Part shown: piece by piece, positions 62,956-64,000 of the stretch
Numbering within the stretch: position 1 is the first letter of the stretch
Layout: each line of letters begins with the position of its first letter
Assembly: GCA_964304625.1 (NCBI GenBank)
Contig: OZ199838.1
Coordinates: 5,047,287 to 5,111,286 of the forward strand
Direction: 5' to 3'
Length of the DNA: 64,000 bases
Source: Kudoa neothunni
Taxonomy: Eukaryota > Animalia > Cnidaria
Program-made: the position numbers and the translations under genes
Notes under the pieces: generated by a model
Told to the model about the DNA's origin: nothing
The model's database searches: none
The model's input: only the letters and a program-made list of their open reading frames with translations

Positions 62956-64000
62956 ATGAGTGTGATACCTATGGAGCATACATCTAAAGGCCTTTTCTTT
63001 AAAGATATAAATGTTATCAAAGATGAAAAGACTATTCTTACAAATATTTATGGTGAAGTGCATAGAGGGGAAATGCTCTTACTAATGGGAATCGACGGTA
63101 ATTTAACACCTTTATCATACTCACTTTTATGTCAATATACAATAAATATAAAGTGTATGAAAAAAAATTATTGCTTCAAACCATATTTGGATGCAGAGAA
63201 TTACACAAAACCACACGCTCTACTGGAATAGCTTATTTTTATGGACGCCCTTTACTAAGGAGTGATCCCATTGTTAGAATGTGTTTAGTCAACGATTTTG
63301 ATATGCTATTTCCTCATCTAAGCTTAGATGATCATTTAAAAGTACACTTTTCAATTAAGGCCATCATTTTCGGTAACGTTTCGTCCAACAGTTTTATTCT
63401 TATATGGTCTATCCTACAATAAACGACCGTTTTAATCGGTTAAAAGCAGTATGGATTTTTACACGTTTACCATAAAAGAACTTTCATACAATCTACACTA
63501 CACTTATTTAGATTGACGAAGTTTTAAAGATAACCAAACTGGAAGAATATGGAAATTTGGGTAAATGAAGTTAATTCCTAGAGTTTATTTCAATAATTAC
63601 TCAGAGCTGGGAGGTACAAACTATTGCAAGGGATTTGGAAAAAGTATTTGTTGATACTTCACTAAAATTCTATTGTGAAAGGTGAACGTATTAGAGCCAA
63701 GTTAGCATGCCATCTGCTATATAAACCAAATATTTTATTGATTGATGTACATATTTTAATATTAACTCAAGTTTAGCCAACTAAATAGCTTAATGTCTAT
63801 TTTTGGAATTTAAAATCATTTTCAACTTTAAAGGATACGATATTGAATACAAACAGTGAATCAGCTGCACTCATTATCGATATCATCCGGACGTATACCA
63901 GGACCGAACGTTCTTGCACTATTGTATCAATGTTTCGACCATCAGCAGAGATATTTGAACATTTTCAAAGGTTTCTGGTTTTATCTCATGGTCAAGTATT
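62956..64000 (+). CDS. ABCG half-transporter paralog, copy 3, degenerate (pseudo-ATPase) nucleotide-binding domain; continues beyond the window
   Basis: Same intron positions as copies 1 and 2 and an uninterrupted spliced frame. Motifs read GID|VYEKK (Walker A), CLVNDFD (Q-loop), GFGK|SE (signature), LLID|DTILNTN (Walker B/D-loop) and SMFRP (H-loop). Confidence 0.88.

Noticed and set aside
1-64000. tRNA, rRNA, snRNA or spliced-leader RNA genes
   Set aside because: No recognisable cloverleaf, A/B boxes or snRNA motifs were found by eye. A covariance-model scan would be needed to exclude them.

Overview
AT-rich eukaryotic genomic DNA, not prokaryotic. Genes are split by many very short GT-AG introns (about 36-60 nt) plus a few kb-sized introns filled with transposons, so the supplied ORF track shows only exon fragments. 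A collagen, a Delta-like protein and strongly diverged housekeeping proteins point to a fast-evolving, reduced metazoan. A myxozoan-type parasite is my best guess (inference only). Genes reconstructed by hand: a small type-I membrane protein with MNNL/C2-like, DSL-like and EGF-like parts (3922-4979, +); a short secreted Gly-X-Y collagen-like protein (5226-6323, +); GBF1 Arf-GEF (6543-16833, -) head-to-head with PRPF6 (17042-24378, +); CAP/Srv2 (30459-32154, +); TRAPPC10 (35744-42599, -); and a tandem array of three White-type ABCG half-transporters (47544-50228, about 58675-61759, 62956 to beyond 64000). Intergenic DNA and large introns hold piggyBac derivatives, hAT MITEs, an intron-containing Tigger/pogo element and a Helitron, partly nested. 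Scattered 1-bp indels at homopolymers, even in essential PRPF6, look like long-read assembly errors. Highlights: (1) the third ABCG has an intact frame but every ATPase motif is replaced; (2) AAG 3' splice sites are unusually common and conserved, and donors are weak; (3) a miniature glycosylated Delta-like surface protein; (4) a mini-collagen with an unfamiliar architecture; (5) a four-superfamily nested transposon cluster.
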